From Polaribacter sp. (GTDB taxonomy: Bacteria; Bacteroidota; Bacteroidia; Flavobacteriales; Flavobacteriaceae), in NCBI GenBank assembly GCA_051276605.1, contig JBNMNZ010000001.1, positions 1-35,610 of the forward strand: a DNA stretch of 35,610 nucleotides, written 5' to 3'. Positions 1 through 9,268 of this stretch are shown here, in pieces; the first letter of the stretch is position 1; each line of letters opens with the position of its first letter. The notes beneath the pieces were generated by a model. The model had not been told where the DNA came from. It did no database searches and saw only the letters and a program-made list of their open reading frames with translations. The translations under genes were made by a program, and so were the position numbers.

Positions 1-2508
1 ACGCAACACGAGTTTATACAGAAACTAACAACGCTAATTGGTGCAGATAAAACAGGAGAATTTTACACGAATTGGCGAAATAATTTTGTTACAAAACAAG
101 ATGTAGATTCCATTGCGAAATGGGGCTATAATAGCATTCGATTACCAATGCACTACAACTTATTTACCTTACCAATAGAAGAGGAGGCTGTTGAGGGTGT
201 AAACACGTGGTTAAATACCGGTTTTGAAATGGTTGATGAGCTGCTAACTTGGTGTGAATCTAATCAAATTTATTTGATTCTAGATTTACATGCTGCTCCT
301 GGTGGCCAAGGAAAAGATGCAGCGATCTCTGATTATGACGATACAAAACCTTCTTTATGGGAAAGCGAATTTAATAAAAGTAAAACAGTTGCTTTATGGG
401 GGAAACTTGCGGAACGTTACAAAGACAAACAATGGATTGGTGGTTATGATTTGTTAAACGAAGTAAACTGGCCTTTAGGAACAAATGTACTTCGCGATTT
501 GTATGTTAGAATTACCAATGAAATTAGAGCAGTAGATGCTAATCATATTCTTTTTATTGAAGGAAATGGATTTGCGAATGACTTTTCTGGTTTAACGCCA
601 CCATGGGATTCGAATATGGTCTACAGTCCTCATAAATATTGGACGTATAACGATACTGCTTCTATGCAATGGGTGTTAGACATAAGAGAACAGCACAATG
701 TGCCGCTTTGGCTTGGAGAGTCTGGTGAGAACTCTAATGCTTGGTTTACAGAGGCTATAAACCTGTTTGAAGATAACAATATTGGCTGGGCTTGGTGGCC
801 CTGGAAGAGAATTGAAACGATTACTTGCCCTTATTCCATTAATTCGAACTCCAATTATGAAGCTATTATAAATTATTGGAAAGGTGAAGGACCTCAACCT
901 TCTGTGGATGAAGCTGTGCAGGGTTTAAGCCAATTAACAACAGATTTATTGTTAGAGAATAACGTGTATTATAAAGATGTTGTAGATGCGGTTTTAAGAC
1001 AACCTCAAGATGAAACTCATATTCCTTATGCTAAGCATACTTTGCCTGGAGTGGTTTATTTGTCTGATTATGATTTAGGAACTAATGGTATTGCTTATTC
1101 TGATGTAGATTATGCAAATTACACCCTGTCTTCAGGGGAAGATTATCAACCATGGAATTCTGGATGGACTTATAGAAATGATGGTGTAGACATTCAAAAA
1201 AATACAGATAATGTAAACAGTAATGGATATCAAATAGGGTATACTAAAGATAAAGAATGGTTAAAATATACTGTTGAAGTTACAGAAACAGGTTTCTATA
1301 ATATTAATTTTAGATATGCGACAACGCAATCTGGAGCAAAAGTAAAACTCTTTGTAAATGATGTTGATATTGTAGGAAATGTAAATTTAGGGAATAGTGG
1401 AGGTTGGAGCAATTTTGTAAATCATGATATAGAAAATGCATATTTAGAAGCTGGAAATCAGGTTTTAAAAGTTCAAGTTGATGGAAATTCAGAATTTAAT
1501 ATGAGTAGTATTGAGTTTTTAAAATCAACAGATGCAATTCCGGATTTTGAGGTATTAAGCGCCAGTACGAATGATGATGAAAAGTCAATAAAGATTGTTT
1601 TAAATCATCCAATAAACCAAACAGACTTAACAAATAGTTTGTTTGAAATAATGGTAAATAATAATTCTAGAACGATAGAATCAGCAGAAATAGATGCTTC
1701 AGCTACTAGGTTGGTAACAATAAAGTTAACAGATTATTTGTTTTATCAAGATGAAATAAAAGTAAGTTATAATGGTACTGTAATTTCATCAATATATAAC
1801 TCCCTATTAAATACATTTGCTGGTTTAGCAGTGGATAATAATCTAAGAACTAGATTACTGATTCCTGGAAAAATACAAGCAGAAGATTTTACAAATCAAG
1901 TAGGTTTACAAACAGAAAACACAACAGATACTGGAGCAGGACAAAATATAGGGTATACAGATGCAGGAGATTATGCAGAGTATTTAATTTATATTTCTGA
2001 CAGTGGTAATTATAATTTAAATAGTAGAACAGCAGCCCAATCAGATGCAGGAAGAATCGAATTTGAACTCATCAATAATCAAGGAACTCAGAGTATATCA
2101 ATAATAGATTTGCCAATTACAGGTGGTTGGCAATCATGGCAAACGACGCCTACTCAAACTGTTTTAAGTGCGGGTATTTATACCTTGAAAATGAAGGTAT
2201 TGAAAGCCGGTTTTAATATGAACTGGTTTGAATTTGAGTTTCTGAGTAGTTTAAATATTGCAAGTTATGAGAGCAATACCATTACAATCTTTCCTAACCC
2301 TGTTTTAGAAAAAATTTACATCAAATTAAACAACCAACAAATCATTAAAAATCTTAAAATTATTGATGTGAATGGTCGCGTCGTAAAAAAGATAAAACCA
2401 AACGTATTCAGCGGGTTTTATAATTTATCAAATTTAAAACCTGGAATCTACATCTTAATTTTGGAAACAAATGAGGGGCGTTATCAAAAGAAATTAATCA
2501 AAAAATAA
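1..2508 (+). CDS. GH5 glycoside hydrolase (GH5_46-like beta-glucanase) with two CBM6-like modules and a T9SS type A C-terminal sorting domain; 5'-truncated by the window edge
   Basis: The frame is open from base 1 (TQHEFIQKL...WGYNSIRLPMHY), so the ATG at 148 is internal. GH5 motifs: ILDLHAAPGGQ, YDLLNE (acid/base) and WLGESGEN (nucleophile). CBM6-like motifs: GYTKDKEWLKY/SGGWSNF and IQAEDF/GYTDAGDYAEY/TGGWQSW. The C-terminus IFPNPV...LSNLKPGIYILI...KKLIKK is a typical CTD. Confidence 0.92.
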   Translation, partial: TQHEFIQKLTTLIGADKTGEFYTNWRNNFVTKQDVDSIAKWGYNSIRLPMHYNLFTLPIEEEAVEGVNTWLNTGFEMVDELLTWCESNQIYLILDLHAAPGGQGKDAAISDYDDTKPSLWESEFNKSKTVALWGKLAERYKDKQWIGGYDLLNEVNWPLGTNVLRDLYVRITNEIRAVDANHILFIEGNGFANDFSGLTPPWDSNMVYSPHKYWTYNDTASMQWVLDIREQHNVPLWLGESGENSNAWFTEAINLFEDNNIGWAWWPWKRIETITCPYSINSNSNYEAIINYWKGEGPQPSVDEAVQGLSQLTTDLLLENNVYYKDVVDAVLRQPQDETHIPYAKHTLPGVVYLSDYDLGTNGIAYSDVDYANYTLSSGEDYQPWNSGWTYRNDGVDIQKNTDNVNSNGYQIGYTKDKEWLKYTVEVTETGFYNINFRYATTQSGAKVKLFVNDVDIVGNVNLGNSGGWSNFVNHDIENAYLEAGNQVLKVQVDGNSEFNMSSIEFLKSTDAIPDFEVLSASTNDDEKSIKIVLNHPINQTDLTNSLFEIMVNNNSRTIESAEIDASATRLVTIKLTDYLFYQDEIKVSYNGTVISSIYNSLLNTFAGLAVDNNLRTRLLIPGKIQAEDFTNQVGLQTENTTDTGAGQNIGYTDAGDYAEYLIYISDSGNYNLNSRTAAQSDAGRIEFELINNQGTQSISIIDLPITGGWQSWQTTPTQTVLSAGIYTLKMKVLKAGFNMNWFEFEFLSSLNIASYESNTITIFPNPVLEKIYIKLNNQQIIKNLKIIDVNGRVVKKIKPNVFSGFYNLSNLKPGIYILILETNEGRYQKKLIKK

Positions 2509-2568
2509 GGAAAGCATTACTTGAAGAAAATATCGGCATCTCTAAATATCTTATATTTAATTTTAGTG

Positions 2569-2594
2569 CTTCCTTTTGAGATTTCGAAAGGGAG
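2569..2594 (+). other. Intergenic stem-loop within the PUL
   Basis: CTTCCTTTTGAG-ATT-TTCGAAAGGGAG-type pairing gives a stem of about 12 bp including G-U pairs; there is no U-tail on the + strand. Confidence 0.4.
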
Positions 2595-2671
2595 AAAGAG
2601 AAGGTCATATAAAAAAATAAAGAAATATTTTCATTTAAAGTAAATTAAAATTATTCAATTAAATACTTCAT

Positions 2672-3538
2672 ATGAAAAACAGATATCACTATTATTTGCT
2701 AAGTTTATTTACCATAGTAACTCTTACAATAGCTTGTAAGACTAAAGACAAAAGAGAGGGAATAAAAACAGGGATATCTTCCGTTTGGCAAATAGATTTC
2801 TTGGATAATTTCGATACTTTTAATACTGAAAACTGGCAAGATCAGCGTATTTGGGTTAATAATGAAACACATTGTTATGTGCCAGATAATGAATTTGGAA
2901 CAAGAGAAGTTAGTGATGGTTCCCTGAAGTTAAAAGTTATTAATATTGACAAAAAACTTCCTTGTGATAACTTCGATAAACATGGAAAACAACATCCAGA
3001 AACCCAATATGTAGCGGGTAGAGTCGCTTCAAAAAATAAAAAAGAATTTATTAAAGGGAAATGGACCGCAAGATTAAAGTTAGGCAGTAATGGAGAGCCA
3101 AGTATGTTTCCTGCTTGGTGGATTCTTGGCGCACAAAACAACGAACCGCCAGTTCAAGAAGCTGATGAAAATATTTGTTGGCCAATAACGGGTTCTGGAG
3201 AAATAGATATTTTTGAACACCACGGAGATCAACAAAAAAATCATTTTACAGCAGGTGCTATTAAAAACCTAGGAGAATGTGATAAAGGAGATTGGTGGAG
3301 TTTGCGAAAAGGGTTTGATGTTACTTTAAATGAATATCATACCTATTCTGTAGAATGGGAAGCTAGTGATCTTGTTTATAGAGTTGATGATAAAGAAATA
3401 TATCGAAATATTGGAGAGGGCGATAAATATCCTGAAAAGATGTTCGCTATTCTAAATTTTGCCAAAATTACAGATGCACCAATGAAGGGTGAATGGGTAA
3501 TGGAAGTGGATTGGGTAAAACATGAGTACAAACAATAA
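2672..3538 (+). CDS. GH16 glycoside hydrolase lipoprotein (laminarinase-like)
   Basis: Catalytic motif GEIDIFE (ExDxxE), FPAWW and YHTYSVEW; lipobox LTIA-C. Confidence 0.88.
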   Translation: MKNRYHYYLLSLFTIVTLTIACKTKDKREGIKTGISSVWQIDFLDNFDTFNTENWQDQRIWVNNETHCYVPDNEFGTREVSDGSLKLKVINIDKKLPCDNFDKHGKQHPETQYVAGRVASKNKKEFIKGKWTARLKLGSNGEPSMFPAWWILGAQNNEPPVQEADENICWPITGSGEIDIFEHHGDQQKNHFTAGAIKNLGECDKGDWWSLRKGFDVTLNEYHTYSVEWEASDLVYRVDDKEIYRNIGEGDKYPEKMFAILNFAKITDAPMKGEWVMEVDWVKHEYKQ

Positions 3539-3552
3539 TTTTATTTGAATAT

Positions 3553-5028
3553 ATGATACTTAAGAATTTTAAAATAATAGGTCTTCTAGTACTAATTCTG
3601 TCTTGCTCAGATTCAAAAATTAATAAAGAAACTAAAATTAGTTCTAATTCATCCCAAGAAAATTACAAGAATAAAACACTTCAAGTTTATACAACAGCAA
3701 AAGATACAGAACTAAGATTAACAAAAACAACTACACAAAATTTTAAAAAGAAGGTTCAGCCTTTGGAAACTGAAATAGCTGTTTTTGTAAACCCAAAAAA
3801 GACTTTTCAAAAGTATCTAGGCATTGGTGGCGCTATTACCGATGCTTCTTCAGAAGTTTTTGCAACGCTAAACGATGTGCAACAAAATAAATTATTACAA
3901 TCGTTATATGGAAAAGATGGGATTGGTTATAATATTATTAGAACGAGTATTCATAGTAGCGATTTTGGTTTAGGAAGCCATACTTATGTCGAAGAGGGTG
4001 ATGCTGAGTTAAAAACGTTTTCAATTAAAAAAGATCTAGAAAAAAGAATTCCTTTTATAAAAAGAGCTATCGCTTTAATTAAGGAAGATTTGGTTTTTTA
4101 TGCAAGTCCTTGGAGTCCGCCAGCTTTTATGAAAAGCAATAAAAACATGTTGTATGGTGGTAAGTTACTTCCAGAGTTTCGTCAATCTTGGGCAGATTAT
4201 TATGTGAAGTTTATAAAAGCGTATGAAAAAGAAGGAATTCCTGTATGGGGATTAACGATTCAAAACGAACCTATGGCAGTGCAAAGATGGGAATCTTGTA
4301 TTTATACTGCGAATGAAGAGCGCGATTTTTTAAAAAATTATTTAGGCCCTACACTTAAAAAAGAAGGGTTAGGAGATAAAAAAATTGTTGTTTGGGATCA
4401 TAATAGAGACTTAATTTCAGAAAGAGCAAATACTATTTTTGAAGATCCAGAAGCCTCAAAATATGCTTGGGGGATTGGCTTTCATTGGTATGAAACCTGG
4501 ACAGGTGGTTTGCCAAAATATGACAATTTAAAAAATATAAAAGAATCTTTTCCGTCTAAAAACATGTTATTTACAGAAGGTTGTGCAGAAGGGTTTGATG
4601 CTGAAAAATTACAGTTTTGGCCCAATGCAGAGCGTTATGGAAATTCTATGATAAATGACTTTAATAGTGGTGTTGTGGGTTGGACAGATTGGAATATTTT
4701 ATTAGATGAAAGAGGGGGGCCAAATCATGTTCAAAACTTTTGTTTTGCACCAATTCATGCGAATACGAAAACAGGCGAACTTACATTTACACCAACGTAT
4801 TATTATATTGGCCACTTTTCAAAATTTATAAATCCAGGCGCTTTGCGTGTCAGTACAACAACTAGTAGGTCGGCAATAGAAAGCACCTCTTTTAAAAATA
4901 AGGACGGAAAAATTGTCACGGTAGTTATGAATAAAACAGATTATAAAATTGGCTATAAATTGATTGTTGGAAATAGCCAAGCATTTTTAGAAATAGCTCC
5001 ACGTGCAATGCAATCAATAATTTACTAA
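3553..5028 (+). CDS. GH30 (GH30_1-like) beta-glucosidase/beta-1,6-glucanase lipoprotein
   Basis: GIGGAITDAS, ASPWSPPAFMK, TIQNEP (acid/base), FTEGC (nucleophile), WTDWN, GGPNH; lipobox LILS-C. Confidence 0.92.
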   Translation: MILKNFKIIGLLVLILSCSDSKINKETKISSNSSQENYKNKTLQVYTTAKDTELRLTKTTTQNFKKKVQPLETEIAVFVNPKKTFQKYLGIGGAITDASSEVFATLNDVQQNKLLQSLYGKDGIGYNIIRTSIHSSDFGLGSHTYVEEGDAELKTFSIKKDLEKRIPFIKRAIALIKEDLVFYASPWSPPAFMKSNKNMLYGGKLLPEFRQSWADYYVKFIKAYEKEGIPVWGLTIQNEPMAVQRWESCIYTANEERDFLKNYLGPTLKKEGLGDKKIVVWDHNRDLISERANTIFEDPEASKYAWGIGFHWYETWTGGLPKYDNLKNIKESFPSKNMLFTEGCAEGFDAEKLQFWPNAERYGNSMINDFNSGVVGWTDWNILLDERGGPNHVQNFCFAPIHANTKTGELTFTPTYYYIGHFSKFINPGALRVSTTTSRSAIESTSFKNKDGKIVTVVMNKTDYKIGYKLIVGNSQAFLEIAPRAMQSIIY

Positions 5029-5057
5029 ATTTGCTTTTTTTAAATTCAAAAGAAAAC

Positions 5058-6599
5058 ATGAATAACAAGGTATACACTATTTTTATAAGTTTTATAGTAG
5101 CATTAGGCGGATTTCTGTTTGGTTTTGATGCAGGAATTATTTCTGGAGTGATGTCTTTTGCTGGTCCTGAATTTAATTTAAATGAAATACAATCTGGCTG
5201 GGTAGTTAGTGCCCCTTCATTTGCAGCGATGTTTGCAATGTTGTTTTCAGGTAGATTAAGTGATCTTATAGGAAGAAAAAAAACGCTGATTTTTGTAGCT
5301 TTTTTATATGCTATTTCTGCAGTCTTTTCTGCGATGGCAACTTCTTATGAAATGCTCTATATCGCAAGAATTATTGGAGGTATCGCATTCGGAGCAGCTT
5401 TGGTTTTAGCACCGATTTATATTGCAGAAATATCAACAGCAGAAAATAGAGGTAAGTTAGTCTCTCTGCAACAACTAAATATAGTCTTCGGATTTTTTGC
5501 TGCATTTTTAAGTAATTATTTTTTCAATATATATAATACCACAGAAAGTACCTTTTTAACAGATGAAAATGTTTGGAGATGGATGTTAGGTGTAGAGTTA
5601 ATCCCTGCTGTAATCTACTTTGTCTTTTTGTTTTTTGTACCTAAAAGCCCTCGTTGGTTGTATTTAAAAGGACATTTTAAAGAGGCTAAAAAAGTGTTAA
5701 CCCAAATTCATGGTATTGAACGTGGAGGTATAGAAATTGCCGCTATCGAAAGAAATATACATGCGGATAAAAATAAAGCGCCATTAAAGATTAAAGATTT
5801 ATTAAAACCATCTTTGCGTTTTATTTTAGTAGTTGGTTTAATCGTTGGTGTTCTGCAGCAAATTACTGGTATAAACGCAGTGTATTTCTATGCAACATCC
5901 ATATTTAAACAAACAGGTATTGGTACAGACGCTGCTTTTTCATCAGGCGTTTTATTAAGTACAATTTCAGTAATTTTCACTTTTGTTGCGATCTATTTAA
6001 TTGATAGAATGGGCAGAAGACCTTTGCTTTTAATAGGTACAGCTGGTATTGCCGTTAGTTTATTATTATGCGCTTATGGTTTTAACCAAGCAACATATCA
6101 ATTGTCAAAAGAAAATATTAATCAATTTGAATTTTCCGATTCCCAAAAATTATTGCCTTTAATAGATACCCTGTATGACAGTGATGTAGCTTTTAAAAAC
6201 GATGTAAAAGCCGCTTTAGGAAATAAAATATACAGTAAAAATGACGGTGCTATTTTAGAAGCAGCAACAACGATTAATGCGAATTTAATATTAATAGGTA
6301 TTTTAGGGTTTATTGCATGTTTCGCATTTTCATTAGGTCCTGTAATGTGGGTTTTGCTGTCAGAATTATATCCAATTAAATATAGGGGCTTGGCAATAGG
6401 TGTAATTGCTTTTGTAAACTCATTAATTAGTTCTCTAGTGCAATTAGTTTTTCCATGGGAATTATCGAATTTAGGAAATGCATTAAGTTTCTTTTTGTTT
6501 GGTGCTGTTGCTTTTATCGGCTTTTTCATCATGTTAAAGATACTACCAGAAACCAAAGGAAAATCTTTAGAGGAATTAGAATTGGAGTTTGTCAAGTAA
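5058..6599 (+). CDS. MFS sugar porter (probable glucose/H+ symporter)
   Basis: GGFLFGFD, DLIGRK, YIAEIS...RG, PKSPRW, QQITGINAVYFY, DRMGRR, PETKGKSLEE. The ATG at 5058 is preferred over the TTG at 5031. Confidence 0.93.
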   Translation: MNNKVYTIFISFIVALGGFLFGFDAGIISGVMSFAGPEFNLNEIQSGWVVSAPSFAAMFAMLFSGRLSDLIGRKKTLIFVAFLYAISAVFSAMATSYEMLYIARIIGGIAFGAALVLAPIYIAEISTAENRGKLVSLQQLNIVFGFFAAFLSNYFFNIYNTTESTFLTDENVWRWMLGVELIPAVIYFVFLFFVPKSPRWLYLKGHFKEAKKVLTQIHGIERGGIEIAAIERNIHADKNKAPLKIKDLLKPSLRFILVVGLIVGVLQQITGINAVYFYATSIFKQTGIGTDAAFSSGVLLSTISVIFTFVAIYLIDRMGRRPLLLIGTAGIAVSLLLCAYGFNQATYQLSKENINQFEFSDSQKLLPLIDTLYDSDVAFKNDVKAALGNKIYSKNDGAILEAATTINANLILIGILGFIACFAFSLGPVMWVLLSELYPIKYRGLAIGVIAFVNSLISSLVQLVFPWELSNLGNALSFFLFGAVAFIGFFIMLKILPETKGKSLEELELEFVK

Positions 6600-6824
6600 T
6601 AATGTCCGATTAAACAAAGGATAATTTCTAAAAGAAATATTTAGAGGAAGTAGATCTTTATTTTATTAAAAATCAATAAAATTAGCTTGTTATCTTTTTG
6701 ATTAAATACACATTTTTAAGTGTCACTCTTTTTAAATTGTAATTTACAATAAAATCTCTTTTTTTATGTTTTATTGTAAGTGTTAAATCTTTAAGTTTAA
6801 AAGTATTTATCCTTATAAAATGAA

Positions 6825-6832
6825 TATATTTG
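6825..6832 (+). promoter_or_regulatory. Bacteroidota -7 promoter box for porP/sprF
   Basis: TATATTTG matches TAnnTTTG and ends 25 nt before the ATG. Confidence 0.65.
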
Positions 6833-6857
6833 AGAACTTAAAATAATCGAACTTTTA

Positions 6858-7841
6858 ATGAAGTTATTATACTTTAGACTTTGCTTTCTTTTTTTATTCT
6901 TTTTTTCATTAAAAAGCAATTCGCAAGAAACACTACCTATATATCAAGATTATCTTTCTGATAACGTATATTTAGTTCATCCTTCAGCCGCAGGTATTGG
7001 TAACTCTAGTAAATTAAGATTTACAGCAAGACAACAATGGGCAGGAATACCAAATGCACCTGCTTTACAAACAATGAGTTTTCACACCAAAATGAGCGAA
7101 GAGTCTAAGGCTGGTTATGGGTTTGTTTTATTTAATGACAAAAATGGTTTCCATTCTCAAAAAGGAATACAAGGCTCTTATGCATACCATTTGCCAATGA
7201 GTAATGGTCGAATATTTAATCAACTTTCTTTTGGATTGGCTTTTACGTTTGTTCAAAATCAATCCGATCAAAGAACTTTTACTGGCGATAGTGCCATTGC
7301 AGCTATTGTGGAAAGTACTAGTTATTACAATGCAGATTTTAGTGTTGCTTATCATTTAGGTGGTTTTTCTTCCTATTTTACAGTGAAGAATTTATTGTTA
7401 ACGGCTAAAAATAATTTTAATGTTCAAGAACCTTTAAATTTAAAAAATTATATTTTTTCTACTGGATATTATTTTGGAGAAGATCTTTTTATTCAATTTG
7501 AACCTTCAGTGATGTTACAGTTTCGAGAAGGAACAGGAGAAAGAATTGCTGATTTTAATATTAAAGCTTACAAAAATATTTCAAATTCTCAACTTTGGGC
7601 GGCAGTTTCTTATAGAAGAAATTTTGACCAGAACGCTATCGAAAACGCACAATTTATATCTCCAATTATAGGTTTAAATTATGAAAATTTAATGTTTTCT
7701 TACACCTATACGAATCAAATGAATGAGACTGTTTTAACAACATCCGGATTTCACCAAGTTTCAGTAGGGATTAATTTATGGACCAGAGAGCCTAGAGCAG
7801 CAGCATGCCCTAACATTAATTCATCTTTTGGAGGGTTTTAA
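6858..7841 (+). CDS. T9SS membrane protein, PorP/SprF family
   Basis: Signal peptide, then QETLPIYQDY...VHPSAAG...TARQQWAGIPNAP, DKNG and SYAYHL; alternating beta-strand pattern. Confidence 0.9.
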   Translation: MKLLYFRLCFLFLFFFSLKSNSQETLPIYQDYLSDNVYLVHPSAAGIGNSSKLRFTARQQWAGIPNAPALQTMSFHTKMSEESKAGYGFVLFNDKNGFHSQKGIQGSYAYHLPMSNGRIFNQLSFGLAFTFVQNQSDQRTFTGDSAIAAIVESTSYYNADFSVAYHLGGFSSYFTVKNLLLTAKNNFNVQEPLNLKNYIFSTGYYFGEDLFIQFEPSVMLQFREGTGERIADFNIKAYKNISNSQLWAAVSYRRNFDQNAIENAQFISPIIGLNYENLMFSYTYTNQMNETVLTTSGFHQVSVGINLWTREPRAAACPNINSSFGGF

Positions 7842-8632
7842 AAATCCTTCTCATCAATTTTTATACTTTCATTATTATCAGAAATAAGTATTTCTAACAC
7901 CTTCTTGTTTTTATTAATGTAAAATTGGTGTGTTCCTTTTTTTCTTTCAATATTTAAAAGTTGATGTTTTTCTAAAATAGCTTTGGTTTGTTTTGCAACG
8001 GCTTCACCAGAATCTATAATTTGAATTTTATTGCCTACAATTTCTCTGATCTGAGGTATTAAATAAGGATAGTGTGTACATCCTAAAACCAAACAATCTA
8101 CTTGCTTCTTTAGCATGGGTGCTATATAAGAAGATAATAGTTTCTTCATTTCTAAAGAATTTATTTTCCCGTTTTCAATCAATTCTACTAAACCTTTACC
8201 AATCGTTTCTGTGGTTGTTATTTCTTTAGCAAGAGTACTTGCTGTTTTTTCAAATAATTCGCTGTTTAGGGTTCCTTTAGTGGCTAATATGCCAATATTA
8301 TTTGTTTTAGTATTCAGAGCTGCTGGTTTTATAGCGGGCTCAATTCCTATAAAAGGAATCGCATACTTTTCTCTTAATATTTTTATGGCATTTGTGGTAG
8401 CAGTATTACAGGCTACTATAATCAATTTACAGTTTTGTTGCAGCAAGAACTCTGAGTTCTTTATGGATAAATCAATAATTTGTTGTTCGCTCTTTTCTCC
8501 ATAGGGAGCATTCTTACTATCAGAAAGATAAATTGTATTTTCATGAGGCAAGAGTGCCTTAATCTCTTTCCAAATAGAAGTGCCACCAACTCCAGAATCA
8601 AAAATACCAATTGGATAACTATTTAATTTCAT
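7838..8632 (-). CDS. murI: Glutamate racemase
   Basis: IGIFDSGVGG, APYGEK, VACNTAT, LGCTHYP, IDSGEA. Confidence 0.97.
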   Translation of the reverse strand: MKLNSYPIGIFDSGVGGTSIWKEIKALLPHENTIYLSDSKNAPYGEKSEQQIIDLSIKNSEFLLQQNCKLIIVACNTATTNAIKILREKYAIPFIGIEPAIKPAALNTKTNNIGILATKGTLNSELFEKTASTLAKEITTTETIGKGLVELIENGKINSLEMKKLLSSYIAPMLKKQVDCLVLGCTHYPYLIPQIREIVGNKIQIIDSGEAVAKQTKAILEKHQLLNIERKKGTHQFYINKNKKVLEILISDNNESIKIDEKDF

Positions 8633-8645
8633 ATCTCGGTAAAAA

Positions 8646-8675
8646 TAAAAAAACCTACTTAAAAAAGTAGGTTTT
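8646..8675 (-). terminator. Rho-independent terminator after the second skp gene
   Basis: AAAACCTACTT-AAAA-AAGTAGGTTTT inverted repeat at 8650-8675 with a T-run on the minus strand. Confidence 0.8.
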
Positions 8676-8697
8676 ATAATCTTTTAATTAAGAGATT

Positions 8698-9228
8698 TTA
8701 GTTTCTTGGTTGTGGTTGTACTCTATCCTCCAATAAACCTAATTTAGTTTTTACAGCATCATACAAATCTTCACCCTTTTTTATAAGTAATGAGTTTGCA
8801 TCAAAAACATAAAGTATTCCTTTTGAAGTAGCTACTTCTTCAATAGTTTTTAAAGCCTTTTCAGAAATTGGTGATAAACCATTAACTTCTCTATCTTTAA
8901 GATCTTTAACAGCAGTTTGTCTTAATTGCTCAAACCTTGCTCTATCTTGTTGAACTTCTAGTGCTCTAGTTTCGTTAATCTCTTTAGTTTGTGCATTTTG
9001 TTCTGCAGTATACTTCTTTGCTTTGGCATCCATCTTTTTTGCCATTCCTTCAATTTCATTTTGATAAGTTTTAGCTAACTTTTCTATTGTATTCTGTAAA
9101 GTTCTAGCTTCTGGCATATTAAAAATTACTTTTTGATAGTCTATATGAGCTATCTTTTGTGCATTTGCAACACCACCAACTCCTAATGTAAATACAGCAA
9201 TTAATAGTAACGTTTTTAAATTTTTCAT
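8698..9228 (-). CDS. skp: OmpH/Skp periplasmic chaperone
   Basis: Signal peptide (ANA-Q), KIAHID, coiled-coil body, YVFD; lies downstream of bamA. Confidence 0.9.
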   Translation of the reverse strand: MKNLKTLLLIAVFTLGVGGVANAQKIAHIDYQKVIFNMPEARTLQNTIEKLAKTYQNEIEGMAKKMDAKAKKYTAEQNAQTKEINETRALEVQQDRARFEQLRQTAVKDLKDREVNGLSPISEKALKTIEEVATSKGILYVFDANSLLIKKGEDLYDAVKTKLGLLEDRVQPQPRN

Positions 9229-9268
9229 TCTTGTTTTAATTTAATTTAATTATTGTTCTTGACTTGAT

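Noticed and set aside
148-150. ATG as the start of the GH5 gene
   Set aside because: The frame is open to base 1 and encodes conserved GH5 sequence (NSIRLP), so the true start lies outside the window.
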